Shown here: positions 9,201 to 16,415 of the stretch, in pieces
How positions within the stretch are numbered: the first letter of the stretch is position 1
How the letters are laid out: the number at the start of each line of letters is the position of its first letter
Origin: Acaryochloris marina S15
GTDB lineage: Bacteria > Cyanobacteriota > Cyanobacteriia > Thermosynechococcales > Thermosynechococcaceae
DNA: 32,000 bases
Direction: 5' to 3'
Assembly (NCBI RefSeq): GCF_018336915.1
Contig: NZ_CP064925.1
Coordinates: 210,001 to 242,000, forward strand
Made by a program: the position numbers and the translations under genes
The notes under the pieces: model-generated
The model's input: the letters and a program-made list of their open reading frames with translations, nothing else
Database searches by the model: none
Told to the model about the DNA's origin: nothing

Positions 9201-9731
9201 TAGTGGTCGTTTACGGCGATCACAGGGAGCGTTGCGAACGACTGTATCGTCCCATAAATCACCACGAGTCCCCGATCCCGAATGGCAACAGTCCAAAATA
9301 GCCGTGATGTGCGGTTTCTTCTGGTCTACTTCAGCAATCAGTTTCGCGAGTTCTTTATCTGCTAGCCCCCAGCCATCCTCATTTAGACTGTCAAAACAAA
9401 CCAGGGTTTCATCCAGGCGATCCGGTTCAAATTTCCAAAAGGCTTCAGGAGAGTCTTGTTGTCCACCATGTCCAGCGTAGTAGAACAAAGCAACGTCTTC
9501 ATTGCCCGCTTGACACAGGTGTTGACGAAAGTTGTCAATGACGGCTTGACGAGTGGCTTGTTCATTAAGCAGAGTACACAGGTGAAGCTGATAGCCATCC
9601 TTCGCAATTCGTCCTTTCAAATAGTCTTTGAATGCCAGAATATCGTTGACACAACCTTTTAGCGGCTTGCCGGGGCTAACGTAATTATCAATACCAACTA
9701 ACAGAGCATAAAGATTTTGAGCCATAACCAT
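6270..9731 (-). CDS. Orthocaspase (peptidase C14) fused to a C-terminal alpha/beta-hydrolase (lipase/PGAP1-like), with an uncharacterised middle region of about 550 aa
   Basis: 1153-aa ORF. The N-terminal caspase fold shows YALLVGIDNY, His88 in FYYAGHGG (codon 9468-9470) and Cys149 in LDCCHSGSG (codon 9285-9287). The C-terminal hydrolase (about aa 875-1153, nt about 6273-7107) shows the oxyanion HG in VLYIHGIIGD, the nucleophile elbow HIVAHSMGG (Ser961, codon 6849-6851), IMLGTPNGGSPW, and a late GCDH. An SD-like AAGGTGAG sits just before ATGGTTATG, so the true start may be the second ATG at 9725. Confidence 0.85.
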   Translation of the reverse strand: MVMAQNLYALLVGIDNYVSPGKPLKGCVNDILAFKDYLKGRIAKDGYQLHLCTLLNEQATRQAVIDNFRQHLCQAGNEDVALFYYAGHGGQQDSPEAFWKFEPDRLDETLVCFDSLNEDGWGLADKELAKLIAEVDQKKPHITAILDCCHSGSGTRGDLWDDTVVRNAPCDRRKRPLDSYIFSLTDIEHLSGSTAHPDSNSSGWTLPKGQHIVLSACRDSELAKEYNGDQKSRGAFSYFLLDTLHKANGSLTYRDLFKRTNALVRSKLTNQSPQIEATHPKDLDQPFLGGAIAPSTPYFTVSHNKDHGWAIDGGAVHGISQPAGGQTTLLALFPLDCSPEQLRQLSEKIGTGEVIKILPHLSTIQINGVEDLNPETTYKAVITSLPLPPKGILMAGDLDGIQFARAALQKFGSAQQPSLYVKEVVTAETAEFKLLAREGQYVISRPTDDRPLVAEIQGYSATIAMKAIQQLEHMARWTNIAELSSPATSRIQPGAVQMSLSQDGKELQESQIRLEYQLENGKWKRPSFKVKLRNTSSEPLYCALLDLTDRYSVSTKGLLPGGGIWLDKGEESWAYEGKPIPASVQQELWECGITETKDLLKLMVSTAEFDATLLEQENLGLPASREVRMPHRGQGTLNRLMRRVQTRDLGAVPDEEELYDDWVSSQVSITTVRPLDATPVPNEGSSASLGVGVSIQPHPGLKAQVRLTTVTQSTRDLGSLVLPPILREDDTVAQPFQFTTSRGTDPGLSALELNHVDADTIATVTPQHPLKLSVDTLLGEGERVLAIAHDGEFFLPLGFGQTTAGKTEISLERLPNPVSTGERSLTGAIRIFFQKVVSEKLKLEFDYPILAAVNVVSDGTVSYERDAAQVKDRVAKAKRIVLYIHGIIGDTESMVPSIRTAKMTVNGQEESLGDQYDLVLAFDYESLNTSIENHARELKQRLAAVGLDVKHGKELHIVAHSMGGLVSRWFIEREGGNKIVSHLIMLGTPNGGSPWPTVQAWGTAALAIGLNSLSTVAWPVKVLGSLVAAIETIDITLDQMQPGSEFLKSLAASPDPQIPYTILAGNTSITPAAVDSNLLQRLMQKVMSSAVALPFFGQVNDIAATVYSITQVPEGRSPQPQVQEVGCDHLVYFTNSEGLQALSKVISNTGMLA
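8854..8861. repeat. HIP1 octamer GCGATCGC
   Basis: Exact match. The highly iterated palindrome is characteristic of many cyanobacterial genomes. Confidence 0.9.
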
Positions 9732-10574
9732 CTCACCTTAAATATTTGGACTTGGGACATTCTTGATGTTTAGATGCTACTTAAAAGTTAGCCAGGATCC
9801 TTTCAGGGCAAGAGTTATGGTAATTTCGTTGTTTAGACTTTATCTTCCTCGTGGAAAGATGTTCAGTGCACTATTAAAATTGCCCCTTCACGGGAAAAGC
9901 TTGTTTCATACTGGTGATACGTTTTTCTGAACAGTGAAATACCTGTAAGGTCATACATTCGAGTCTTGTTCAGGTTGGCAAGCTGTCATGTAATGCCCTC
10001 AATATTTCAATAAAAATTGCTTTTTCATAAAAAAATGAGATTTTCTTCCTAAAAGTTAGTGAAATCTCTTCTTTCTGTTTATTTATCTAGAATATCGATG
10101 TTTTTTATGCAAACTTCCCTGATCTTGGAAAAGTAGATTTGCAATTTGAGTTGCTATCTGGATTTATAGCGTGACTCAAGAGCGCTCTTTAAGCTGTAAA
10201 GGAGCAAGACTAATTCCTTGCCCAGGCAAGCGTTGGTGGATCTGTTGATCTGAAGCCCAGAGAATCGTACTTCCAGTCCCACAACCTCAGATCAGCAAAT
10301 CTCAAAACTAAATTTCAACTCTTTTGCCGTTCTTAACGCGAGGGTAATCTCTTCGATTATTTGTATAGTGGACCGTATATTTCACATAAAAGCACCAAAA
10401 ACATCACCTACAGCAAATTTCAAGTCAATTTGAAAGTAACGAGAATTGGCACATTTCCAATTTCTCAATCTGGTTGTGATAATGCCTATTTACTCGGGGT
10501 ATGGTGTACACACAAGTCTGAATTAGACTGTAGGGAATCCGTATAGAGCATCCTCGAATCTATCCGCATCCTGA
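9732..10574 (-). promoter_or_regulatory. Long AT-rich non-coding spacer upstream of the caspase operon (presumed promoter and 5' UTR)
   Basis: 843 bp with no convincing ORF on either strand, AT-rich, lying directly 5' of the operon's first gene. No specific -10/-35 assignment is attempted. Confidence 0.3.
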
Positions 10575-11147
10575 CTAGAAAAACACCAACTTCGCAATCG
10601 CCCCCTCAACCTGCTCATCGGTGACTTCCAAGTACCCCGACAGTGCCGCCAGCGTCCGATGTCCTGATATCCGCTGAATATGCTTCGTCGGCACTCCAGC
10701 GTTGTGCATCTGGGTCAGAGCTGTTCGTCTGAAGCTATGAGTGCTAAACCCTTCCAATCCCACCCGACCAAAGGCTTGCCTCAAGATTCGATCTGCTGAA
10801 CTCACCCGCAAGTGAGAACGGCCATGCCGACCGGGGAACAGATAGGTGCGAGTCAGATCAGGTGCATAGGTTACCAAATAGTCATGCAACTGGGGATGCA
10901 TCGGTACTTCTCGCGTATCTCGCTTGCCCTTCGTCTGATGCCACCGGAATAGCACTGCTGATTTTGGGCCACTGGCGTTGATCACGTCACTGGTGAGCAG
11001 CGTACAGGCTTCACCGATCCTGCATCCGGTGTAGAGGCACACACCAAAGAGGGCCAGATCGCGGGGCTTGCTCAGACCATCACTGAAGAGGTGTTGAATT
11101 TGCTCTGGGGAAAGTACCCCAGCCTTACCGAATCGATCTTGTTTCAT
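10575..11147 (-). CDS. Short tyrosine recombinase (phage-integrase catalytic domain only)
   Basis: 190-aa ORF. It has the Arg in YTGCRIGEA, HSFRRT (HxxR), SGHRT and the terminal SGYLEV (catalytic Tyr). There is no N-terminal core-binding domain. Confidence 0.85.
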   Translation of the reverse strand: MKQDRFGKAGVLSPEQIQHLFSDGLSKPRDLALFGVCLYTGCRIGEACTLLTSDVINASGPKSAVLFRWHQTKGKRDTREVPMHPQLHDYLVTYAPDLTRTYLFPGRHGRSHLRVSSADRILRQAFGRVGLEGFSTHSFRRTALTQMHNAGVPTKHIQRISGHRTLAALSGYLEVTDEQVEGAIAKLVFF

Positions 11148-11163
11148 AATCTGGGATCTATTC

Positions 11164-11193
11164 TAGGAGGTCTTTTGTCAAAAAGACCTCCTA
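11164..11193. repeat. Perfect 13-bp inverted repeat with a 4-nt spacer, just upstream of the short recombinase start
   Basis: TAGGAGGTCTTTT-gtca-AAAAGACCTCCTA. Both arms contain an SD-like AGGAGG/CCTCCT. No U-tract follows on either strand. Confidence 0.8.
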
Positions 11194-11425
11194 AAGAGGT
11201 GAAAGTATTGGAAACTCGTGGAATTGAGGTGGAGAGGGGCAGGAAGATCGGGCTTATTGAGAAATTATCGAGTTATTGAGAATGAGATAAAAGTGATTTA
11301 AGGGTACGTCAAGGGTCCTTTCCATACACGTAGCTAATTCGTTCCACTGTTCTAAAGCATCCAAATCTTAATATGAAAACTAGTACCTATAGTGAAATTG
11401 AGCCGCGGTTTTTAGCAATACTGTT

Positions 11426-11824
11426 CTACTCATCATCCGTCAATTGAGCTAAATGAATGTGCTTTCTACCGACCTTGATCTCAAACTCATCGCCAGTTTT
11501 TAAACCCATCTTTTCGGTATAGGCAGACCCGATAACCATCTGCCCATTCTGATGAACTTTGATCCGATAGCTTGCCTCTCGACCCCTACCGTCGCTATTG
11601 GCATCACCATCTAGTGAAATGCCCTTGGCTTCCAAAATGGCATTCATAAAACCACTCATGTTAACTTGCTTGCCAACTACATAACCACACTCTTTCGCTT
11701 TTTCCCGCTTCGAGAGATGAGATAAGTCCTTGAGCTTATTGAGTAGTGTTTTCCCGACTAGGGGTTGAATATCTTTTTTCTTTGTGGCTGCTTTTTTCTT
11801 GGCAACTGCTGTTTTTTTAGCCAT
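11426..11824 (-). CDS. cyAbrB-family (AbrB-like, C-terminal SpoVT/AbrB domain) transcriptional regulator
   Basis: 132-aa ORF. A Lys/Ala-rich N-terminus is followed by LLNKLKDLSHLSKREKAKECGY...MSGFMNAILEAKGISLDG...GRGREASYRIKVHQNGQMVIGSAYTEKMGLKTGDEFEIKVGRKHIHL. This matches my recollection of the cyanobacterial CalA/Sll0359-type cyAbrB layout. Confidence 0.8.
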   Translation of the reverse strand: MAKKTAVAKKKAATKKKDIQPLVGKTLLNKLKDLSHLSKREKAKECGYVVGKQVNMSGFMNAILEAKGISLDGDANSDGRGREASYRIKVHQNGQMVIGSAYTEKMGLKTGDEFEIKVGRKHIHLAQLTDDE

Positions 11825-12113
11825 AAATACTGTATATCCTTAACTGAACTGAATTGCGAACGACTTAGCCTATCACAACTCCTAATTTTCATAAGGTCTG
11901 GCCTTATTGTCAGCTAACATCTGGAGGGACTGTGAGTAAGAGAGAATTGGTTGAGGCTTGGAGCAGATAGTGGAGGAAGAAAATAGTTTGTGGATAGTCA
12001 ACTAGACTTAAATTTGAGGCATTTATACTCCTAACGAACAACAATCTAAAAGACTGTAATCATCTCAGTCAGTACCGATGGGTTGTGATGTAGAGAGAGG
12101 GTTTTAAGCAAGC

Positions 12114-13013
12114 TTACCCATGGAGATAGAACTCAAAACCAGTTGTGAGAAAAGCCCCCATTTCTGAAATTGCAACACGTCCCTCTTCCAACACAGGTGC
12201 AAAGAGGTGGAAGCAGTGAATCATATCTGACCAAACCTTTAGCGTAACCTGGATATCGGCTAATCCGGCCTGACGCGCCAATCGCAAAGCATCATCAAGC
12301 AATACCTCAACAGCTCCGACATGTATCAAGAGTGGGGGTAACCCTGATAAGTCAGCATATAGAGGTGAGAGCAGAGGATTTCGCAAATCTTTTCCTGGAG
12401 CGTACCAATCCGTAATGGTATCTAACAGTGGAGCCGTGACCAGCAGATCTTTCTCTGCATGGCTAACCATCGTTGCGCCAGTTCTCATTTGGTCACAGTA
12501 GGGTGAAATTAAAGACACGCAGGCAGGTTGTGACTCTCCCAGATCTTTGAGAGATAACAGCAAGCCTAGGGCAAGATTGCCTCCTGCTGAATCTCCAGTC
12601 ACGGCGATCTGACTAGGCTGGAATCCACGGGCATTAATTAGCCAATGATAGGCAGTCAGGGCATCCTCTAATCCTGCTGGATAAGGATGTTCAGGAGCTA
12701 GACGATAGTCAATAACTAAAATACTTACGCCTGCTGCTTCTGCTAGATCGCTGGCTAAACGACGATAGGCTTGTAAAGATCCCATGATAAATCCGCCACC
12801 ATGGAGATATAAAATGATGCGATCTGATCGGCTGTTTGGGTGGGTGATTAGTTCTGCCGCAATGCCATCGACATCCACGACATCCACCTGGGCGGTAGGA
12901 TGTCGTGGCATCGACAACCCCATGGTAAAGTTAGCCCTCATCTCAGTGGGAGTGCTGCCCCAAGAAAGGTCTTGAAGCTGAGTGGTGATTTGGTTTAGTT
13001 CTTGTTGACTCAT
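12114..13013 (-). CDS. Alpha/beta-hydrolase fold-3 esterase/lipase (hormone-sensitive-lipase family)
   Basis: 299-aa ORF with the HGGG oxyanion motif (LYLHGGGFIMGS), the GDSAGG nucleophile motif (VTGDSAGGNLA), and a late DMIHCFHLF histidine region. Confidence 0.9.
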   Translation of the reverse strand: MSQQELNQITTQLQDLSWGSTPTEMRANFTMGLSMPRHPTAQVDVVDVDGIAAELITHPNSRSDRIILYLHGGGFIMGSLQAYRRLASDLAEAAGVSILVIDYRLAPEHPYPAGLEDALTAYHWLINARGFQPSQIAVTGDSAGGNLALGLLLSLKDLGESQPACVSLISPYCDQMRTGATMVSHAEKDLLVTAPLLDTITDWYAPGKDLRNPLLSPLYADLSGLPPLLIHVGAVEVLLDDALRLARQAGLADIQVTLKVWSDMIHCFHLFAPVLEEGRVAISEMGAFLTTGFEFYLHG

Positions 13014-13018
13014 AGTAT

Positions 13019-13255
13019 TTACGGTTTGGAATCACCCGACTCCTGCCTGTGCTTTTCCTTTGGTGCCGAGGTGCTCTGAGTGGAATGGTGAGGCACTGGC
13101 TCTCCTTGCACAGAGAGCTGAGCAGTGAAAGCACCCGGTGTCGAATTCCGACGATGATCAGTAACCACCAGCGTTGAAAACTGACTCGTATCTAGCAGAG
13201 AGGTAGGAGGTCGAGATTTTAATTGGCGCTGTCCCAAGCGACAAATTTGGCACAT
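13019..13255 (-). CDS. Hypothetical small protein (gap-filling ORF between the methyltransferase and esterase genes)
   Basis: A 78-aa ORF on the same strand starts 3 nt after the methyltransferase stop and ends 5 nt before the esterase ATG, so it fills the 245-nt gap almost exactly. The sequence is S/T/Q/P-rich, looks disordered and has no recognisable family. Confidence 0.25.
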   Translation of the reverse strand: MCQICRLGQRQLKSRPPTSLLDTSQFSTLVVTDHRRNSTPGAFTAQLSVQGEPVPHHSTQSTSAPKEKHRQESGDSKP

Positions 13256-13258
13256 GAT

Positions 13259-14347
13259 CTAATTCTTTTTGACAATGTAGAAGTTGTTTTGGAAATCATG
13301 CTCAAGCTGCTTGATCTCCACACGCTTAAACCCGGCTTCTTCAATCATCTGTAGCGCTTTCTCTTCGCCCCAGACCGCACCCAAACCCATCCCTCCAGCC
13401 GCTAACGAAACGGTCATGCAGTGCAGACAGGAAATGGTGTAAAGCAACGGCCCAATCGGGTGCTCAAGATTTCCACCCACGTCACTAGAAGCACGGATAT
13501 CTTGCATTAGATAAACGCCATCACTACGCAAGGCACGGTAGATATTTTGCAGAACGACATCCGGTTCAGCTTGGTCATGCACAGCGTCAAAGGTGGTGAT
13601 CAGATCGTATTGCTCAATCAGATCCAGAGCCGCAGCATCCTGAATCTTGAACTGAACGTTCTCTAGTCCCAAAGACTGAGCCTCGATATTGGCGGTTGCA
13701 ATCGCATCTTCCGATAGGTCATAGCCCACAAACTGACTCTGCGGAAATAGAGTTGCCATCTTGTTGATAGCCCGACCACTACCACAACCAAGATCCATCA
13801 CCTGAATCCCACGTTCTAGATCGGCCATTAGACCAGGGACTAATGGAAGGATATGCTCGGTTAATGCCGCCACTACAGTTTGACCACTGTCTTCGGCCAT
13901 TACCTGGTGGAAGCGTTTGTACTCTGAGTAGGGCACCCCGCCACCATGACGAAAGCAGTCTACGATCTGATCTTCAACATTACCTAGCACAGGGATGAAC
14001 TGAGCAATCACAGCGATGTTATCGGGGGCGGCATCACGGGTCAGAAAGGCTGCATGTTCTGGTGGTAAATAATAGGTTTTGTGGGTTGCATCATAATCTA
14101 CATATCGTGCCGTCGCCATAGAACCCAACCATTCGCGCACATATCGCTCTTGCAAGTTTGCAGCATCGGCAATCTTTTGGCTGGTTGCTGGCGGTAGGTC
14201 TTTAAGGGTATCGAATAGGCCAGTTCGATGACCCACAGAGATCATGAGTGAGAGCGCACCACTATTGAGTGTATCTATAAGCCGATTTGCAAAGACTTCG
14301 GCCTTAGTTTCATCAAAAGGTTGAGGAGTTGCGGTAAGGGTGGTCAT
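13259..14347 (-). CDS. Class I SAM-dependent methyltransferase with an N-terminal winged-helix-like dimerisation domain (small-molecule MTase type, Rv2258c-like)
   Basis: 362-aa ORF. Motif I is VMDLGCGSGRA. An acidic post-I residue lies in VGYDLSE, followed by TFDAVHD and a C-terminal GF..V region. The N-terminal 150 aa or so are helical (LMISVGHRTGLFDTL...). Confidence 0.85.
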   Translation of the reverse strand: MTTLTATPQPFDETKAEVFANRLIDTLNSGALSLMISVGHRTGLFDTLKDLPPATSQKIADAANLQERYVREWLGSMATARYVDYDATHKTYYLPPEHAAFLTRDAAPDNIAVIAQFIPVLGNVEDQIVDCFRHGGGVPYSEYKRFHQVMAEDSGQTVVAALTEHILPLVPGLMADLERGIQVMDLGCGSGRAINKMATLFPQSQFVGYDLSEDAIATANIEAQSLGLENVQFKIQDAAALDLIEQYDLITTFDAVHDQAEPDVVLQNIYRALRSDGVYLMQDIRASSDVGGNLEHPIGPLLYTISCLHCMTVSLAAGGMGLGAVWGEEKALQMIEEAGFKRVEIKQLEHDFQNNFYIVKKN

Positions 14348-14401
14348 GGTGTCCTCCTGATGAGCAAAAGGTTAGATTGAGTTCAAATGATAAACACTAA
14401 G

Positions 14402-14434
14402 GCCAAACATGATGATTCTTAGATCATGTTTGGC
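14402..14434 (-). terminator. Possible intrinsic terminator or stem-loop between the XerC/D-like recombinase and the methyltransferase genes
   Basis: A perfect 12-bp stem, GCCAAACATGAT / ATCATGTTTGGC, closes a 9-nt loop. On the minus strand it is followed by TTAGTGTTTATCATTT, which is only moderately U-rich. Confidence 0.35.
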
Positions 14435-14599
14435 TCTCTGCCTGTCATTAGTGATAGCTTAAGTTTCCAGGACTCTTTACCATGCTGCAGTGATCCCGAA
14501 AGGTTGAATCTGTGATTCCTGTCAGACTGGCCAACATACAGCCATTGAACCATTTTTCAAATACAATCTATCGAGTCATGTTCGACAGGTAACATCTTC

Positions 14600-15574
14600 C
14601 TATTCCACTCCATCTCCCAACAACTCCGACAACATCCCCGTCACCTCGCCCTGAAGATCCTTGCGGTTATCGTCGTAGCGCATCACAGTTTCGGGCTTGG
14701 CATGGCGAGAAAGTTGCTGTACGGCCCGGACATTTCCACCCGTGGCATCCAACGCCGCAGTAATTGAGGAATGCCTGACCCGGTGCGGTGACATCATCTT
14801 ACTGATGCCCGCTTCCGTGGCAATCTTCCTGACCACTTTATAGATAGAAGTCGTTGAAAGCCGCTCACCCCAATGAACATGATCCAAGGCCACGATCAGC
14901 GGATCCTCATCCTCCAAATGCTTGCGAGTTGCTAGCCACTCTGTCAGCGAGATCGCACTCACGCTACCAACCGTAATCCTCTCCTTCTGGGTGCCTCGAC
15001 CCTTCCCCTGAATCCAAAGAGCTTTCTCCTCGGGTTCCCAATCCCCAACATTGCACCCATTCAGTTCCCCTCGCCGCAAAGCTGTTTCCCAGAGCAAAGC
15101 CAAGATTGCATAATCCCGCTTCCCGAGCTGCGTCTTCCGATCCGGTATCGCCAGCATCTTCTGAAAATTCTCCAGATCCACCCCCGAGGTATCCCGGTAG
15201 GCGATCACTTTCTCGCCCTTAATATCCTCCAGGCCCCAATCACACTGACCTGCACGACGGGCATAGGACACCAAACTTCTCAGGACCGATAATCTCCGGT
15301 TGACTGTGGCTTCTGCCAGTTCCAGCTCAACCAAAATTCCTTTGTACCGGGCCACCAGCTGTAACGCCTCATGCCGATCCATCCCCAGAAACAGGCCCAC
15401 CATTTCAGGGGTAGGATCTGCTGTAAACATTTTGCGGAAAAAATCAGTCAGGTCTTTCCGGTAGGCTCGTCGGGTGCTGGGAGAGCGTTTATCCCTCAGT
15501 AAATCGCTGAGAACGTCGTTCTGAGGAATTTTTAGGGCCGAAGCTGGAAGGGCAGGTATTGCGTCGAGTTCCAT
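14600..15574 (-). CDS. Tyrosine recombinase, XerC/XerD-like phage integrase family (full length)
   Basis: 324-aa ORF. The N-terminal SAM-like domain shows RRAYRKDLTDFF. The catalytic domain shows ETALRRGEL, HRVRHSSIT (HxxR), LSRHAKPETVMRYD (His/Tyr). Confidence 0.9.
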   Translation of the reverse strand: MELDAIPALPASALKIPQNDVLSDLLRDKRSPSTRRAYRKDLTDFFRKMFTADPTPEMVGLFLGMDRHEALQLVARYKGILVELELAEATVNRRLSVLRSLVSYARRAGQCDWGLEDIKGEKVIAYRDTSGVDLENFQKMLAIPDRKTQLGKRDYAILALLWETALRRGELNGCNVGDWEPEEKALWIQGKGRGTQKERITVGSVSAISLTEWLATRKHLEDEDPLIVALDHVHWGERLSTTSIYKVVRKIATEAGISKMMSPHRVRHSSITAALDATGGNVRAVQQLSRHAKPETVMRYDDNRKDLQGEVTGMLSELLGDGVE

Positions 15575-15715
15575 ATGTCGTTTTGGTTACGATAATGGCC
15601 GTTTCCTCTCCTAAGCTTACAAGTCTTGAAGCCCTTTCAGGTAAAGCGATTTAGCCAATCAATATTGTATTTTGAGTCTTCTGAAACCCTAACTTCGGTT
15701 CCAGTTCTAAATTCA

Positions 15716-16039
15716 TCAAGAAGAAGAAACTGCATGAACTTGAATATCCACATTTAGCTTCTTTCGCAGAGCAGTAAAGATTGCGTTCAAACTATCCATT
15801 GTTGGATTCCCTTTCGCAGATAGCATTCGATGGAGACTCTTACTGGGCTTATTCGCTTCAACAGCAAGTTGTTCAAAGCCAACCGTCGCGTTTACTAAAT
15901 CCCTCAATATTAATCGGGCGGTTTCCGGCTCACCATTAAGCATGAGGTACGCCGCTTCATCCAATAAAGCAGTTGCAAACTCAGGGTCCGATTGAACACG
16001 GGAGTGGATAGTCTCTTTGAAATCTCTCGTTAATGCCAT
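15716..16039 (-). CDS. HigA-like addiction-module antidote protein (HTH antitoxin)
   Basis: 107-aa ORF. DFKETIHSRVQSDPEFATALLDEAAYLMLNGEPETARLILRDLVNATVGFEQLA...SLHRMLSAKGNPTMDSLNAIFTAL matches the 'addiction module antidote protein' family pattern. It sits 5 nt downstream of the cognate killer gene. Confidence 0.8.
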   Translation of the reverse strand: MALTRDFKETIHSRVQSDPEFATALLDEAAYLMLNGEPETARLILRDLVNATVGFEQLAVEANKPSKSLHRMLSAKGNPTMDSLNAIFTALRKKLNVDIQVHAVSSS

Positions 16040-16044
16040 GATGA

Positions 16045-16412
16045 TTACTTCTTTTTTCGCTTGCGCTGTTGTTTCTTCTTTTGAGGATCTGTACTTTCTT
16101 GCTTCTTCCGATTTTTATATTCTTGAGAAAGCTCCTTAGCCTGGGTGATATCCGACTGTTGATCCTTCTTCGTTCCTCCTCCCAATAAAACAATCAATTC
16201 CTTGCCATCTTGGATCAGGTAGATACGGTATCCTGGCCCCCAGTTGATCCGGTATTCACCAATTCCATCGAACCACTTCACATTTGAGGTGTTACTTAAT
16301 TCCAAGCGAGAGACGGCAATGGTAACCTTTGCTGCTGCTGAAGCATCTAATCGGTTGAACCATTTTGGTAGGGACTGGAGCCATCCTCTTTGATGTACTC
16401 TTGCAGTTTCAT
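16045..16412 (-). pseudogene. HigB/RelE-like addiction-module killer protein, frameshifted in an A4 run
   Basis: The ATG at 16412 gives MKLQEYIKEDGSSPYQNGSTD*. Shifting frame at the AAAA run (TTTT at 16363-16366 on the plus strand) gives KWFNRLDASAAAKVTIAVSRLELSNTSNVKWFDGIGEYRINWGPGYRIYLIQDGKELIVLLGGGTKKDQQSDITQAKEL. One extra A would restore a contiguous family-typical protein. The track ORF 16045..16305 is only the distal part and starts from TTG. Confidence 0.75.
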
Positions 16413-16415
16413 AGT

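Noticed and set aside
6625-9662. Short ORFs on both strands overlapping the caspase-hydrolase gene (6625, 7008, 7897, 8208, 9232, 9383, 9456)
   Set aside because: They are embedded in a 1153-aa ORF with clear domain motifs and have no independent support.
9732-10574. The 843-bp AT-rich spacer was inspected for a CRISPR array, tRNA/tmRNA, an att site or a small gene (including ORF 10361..10546)
   Set aside because: No repeat-spacer periodicity and no cloverleaf-like segments were found. Only weak stems of 5-9 bp are present (for example TGATCTGA..TCAGATCA with a loop of about 38 nt). The 61-aa ORF has no RBS or motif support. It is kept only as a presumed promoter or UTR region.
11091-11279. 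62-aa plus-strand ORF overlapping the recombinase start and the palindrome
   Set aside because: It is antisense to the recombinase 5' end and passes through the perfect palindrome. It has no family resemblance.
12784-13134. ORFs 12784..12975 (+) and 12943..13134 (-)
   Set aside because: The first is antisense inside the esterase gene. The second overlaps the esterase start in another frame and competes with the better-placed gap-filling ORF 13019..13255.
15981-16193. 70-aa minus-strand ORF spanning the higB/higA-like junction
   Set aside because: It is out of frame with both family-typical TA proteins. Its Arg/Lys-rich sequence is a frame artefact of the A-rich toxin tail.
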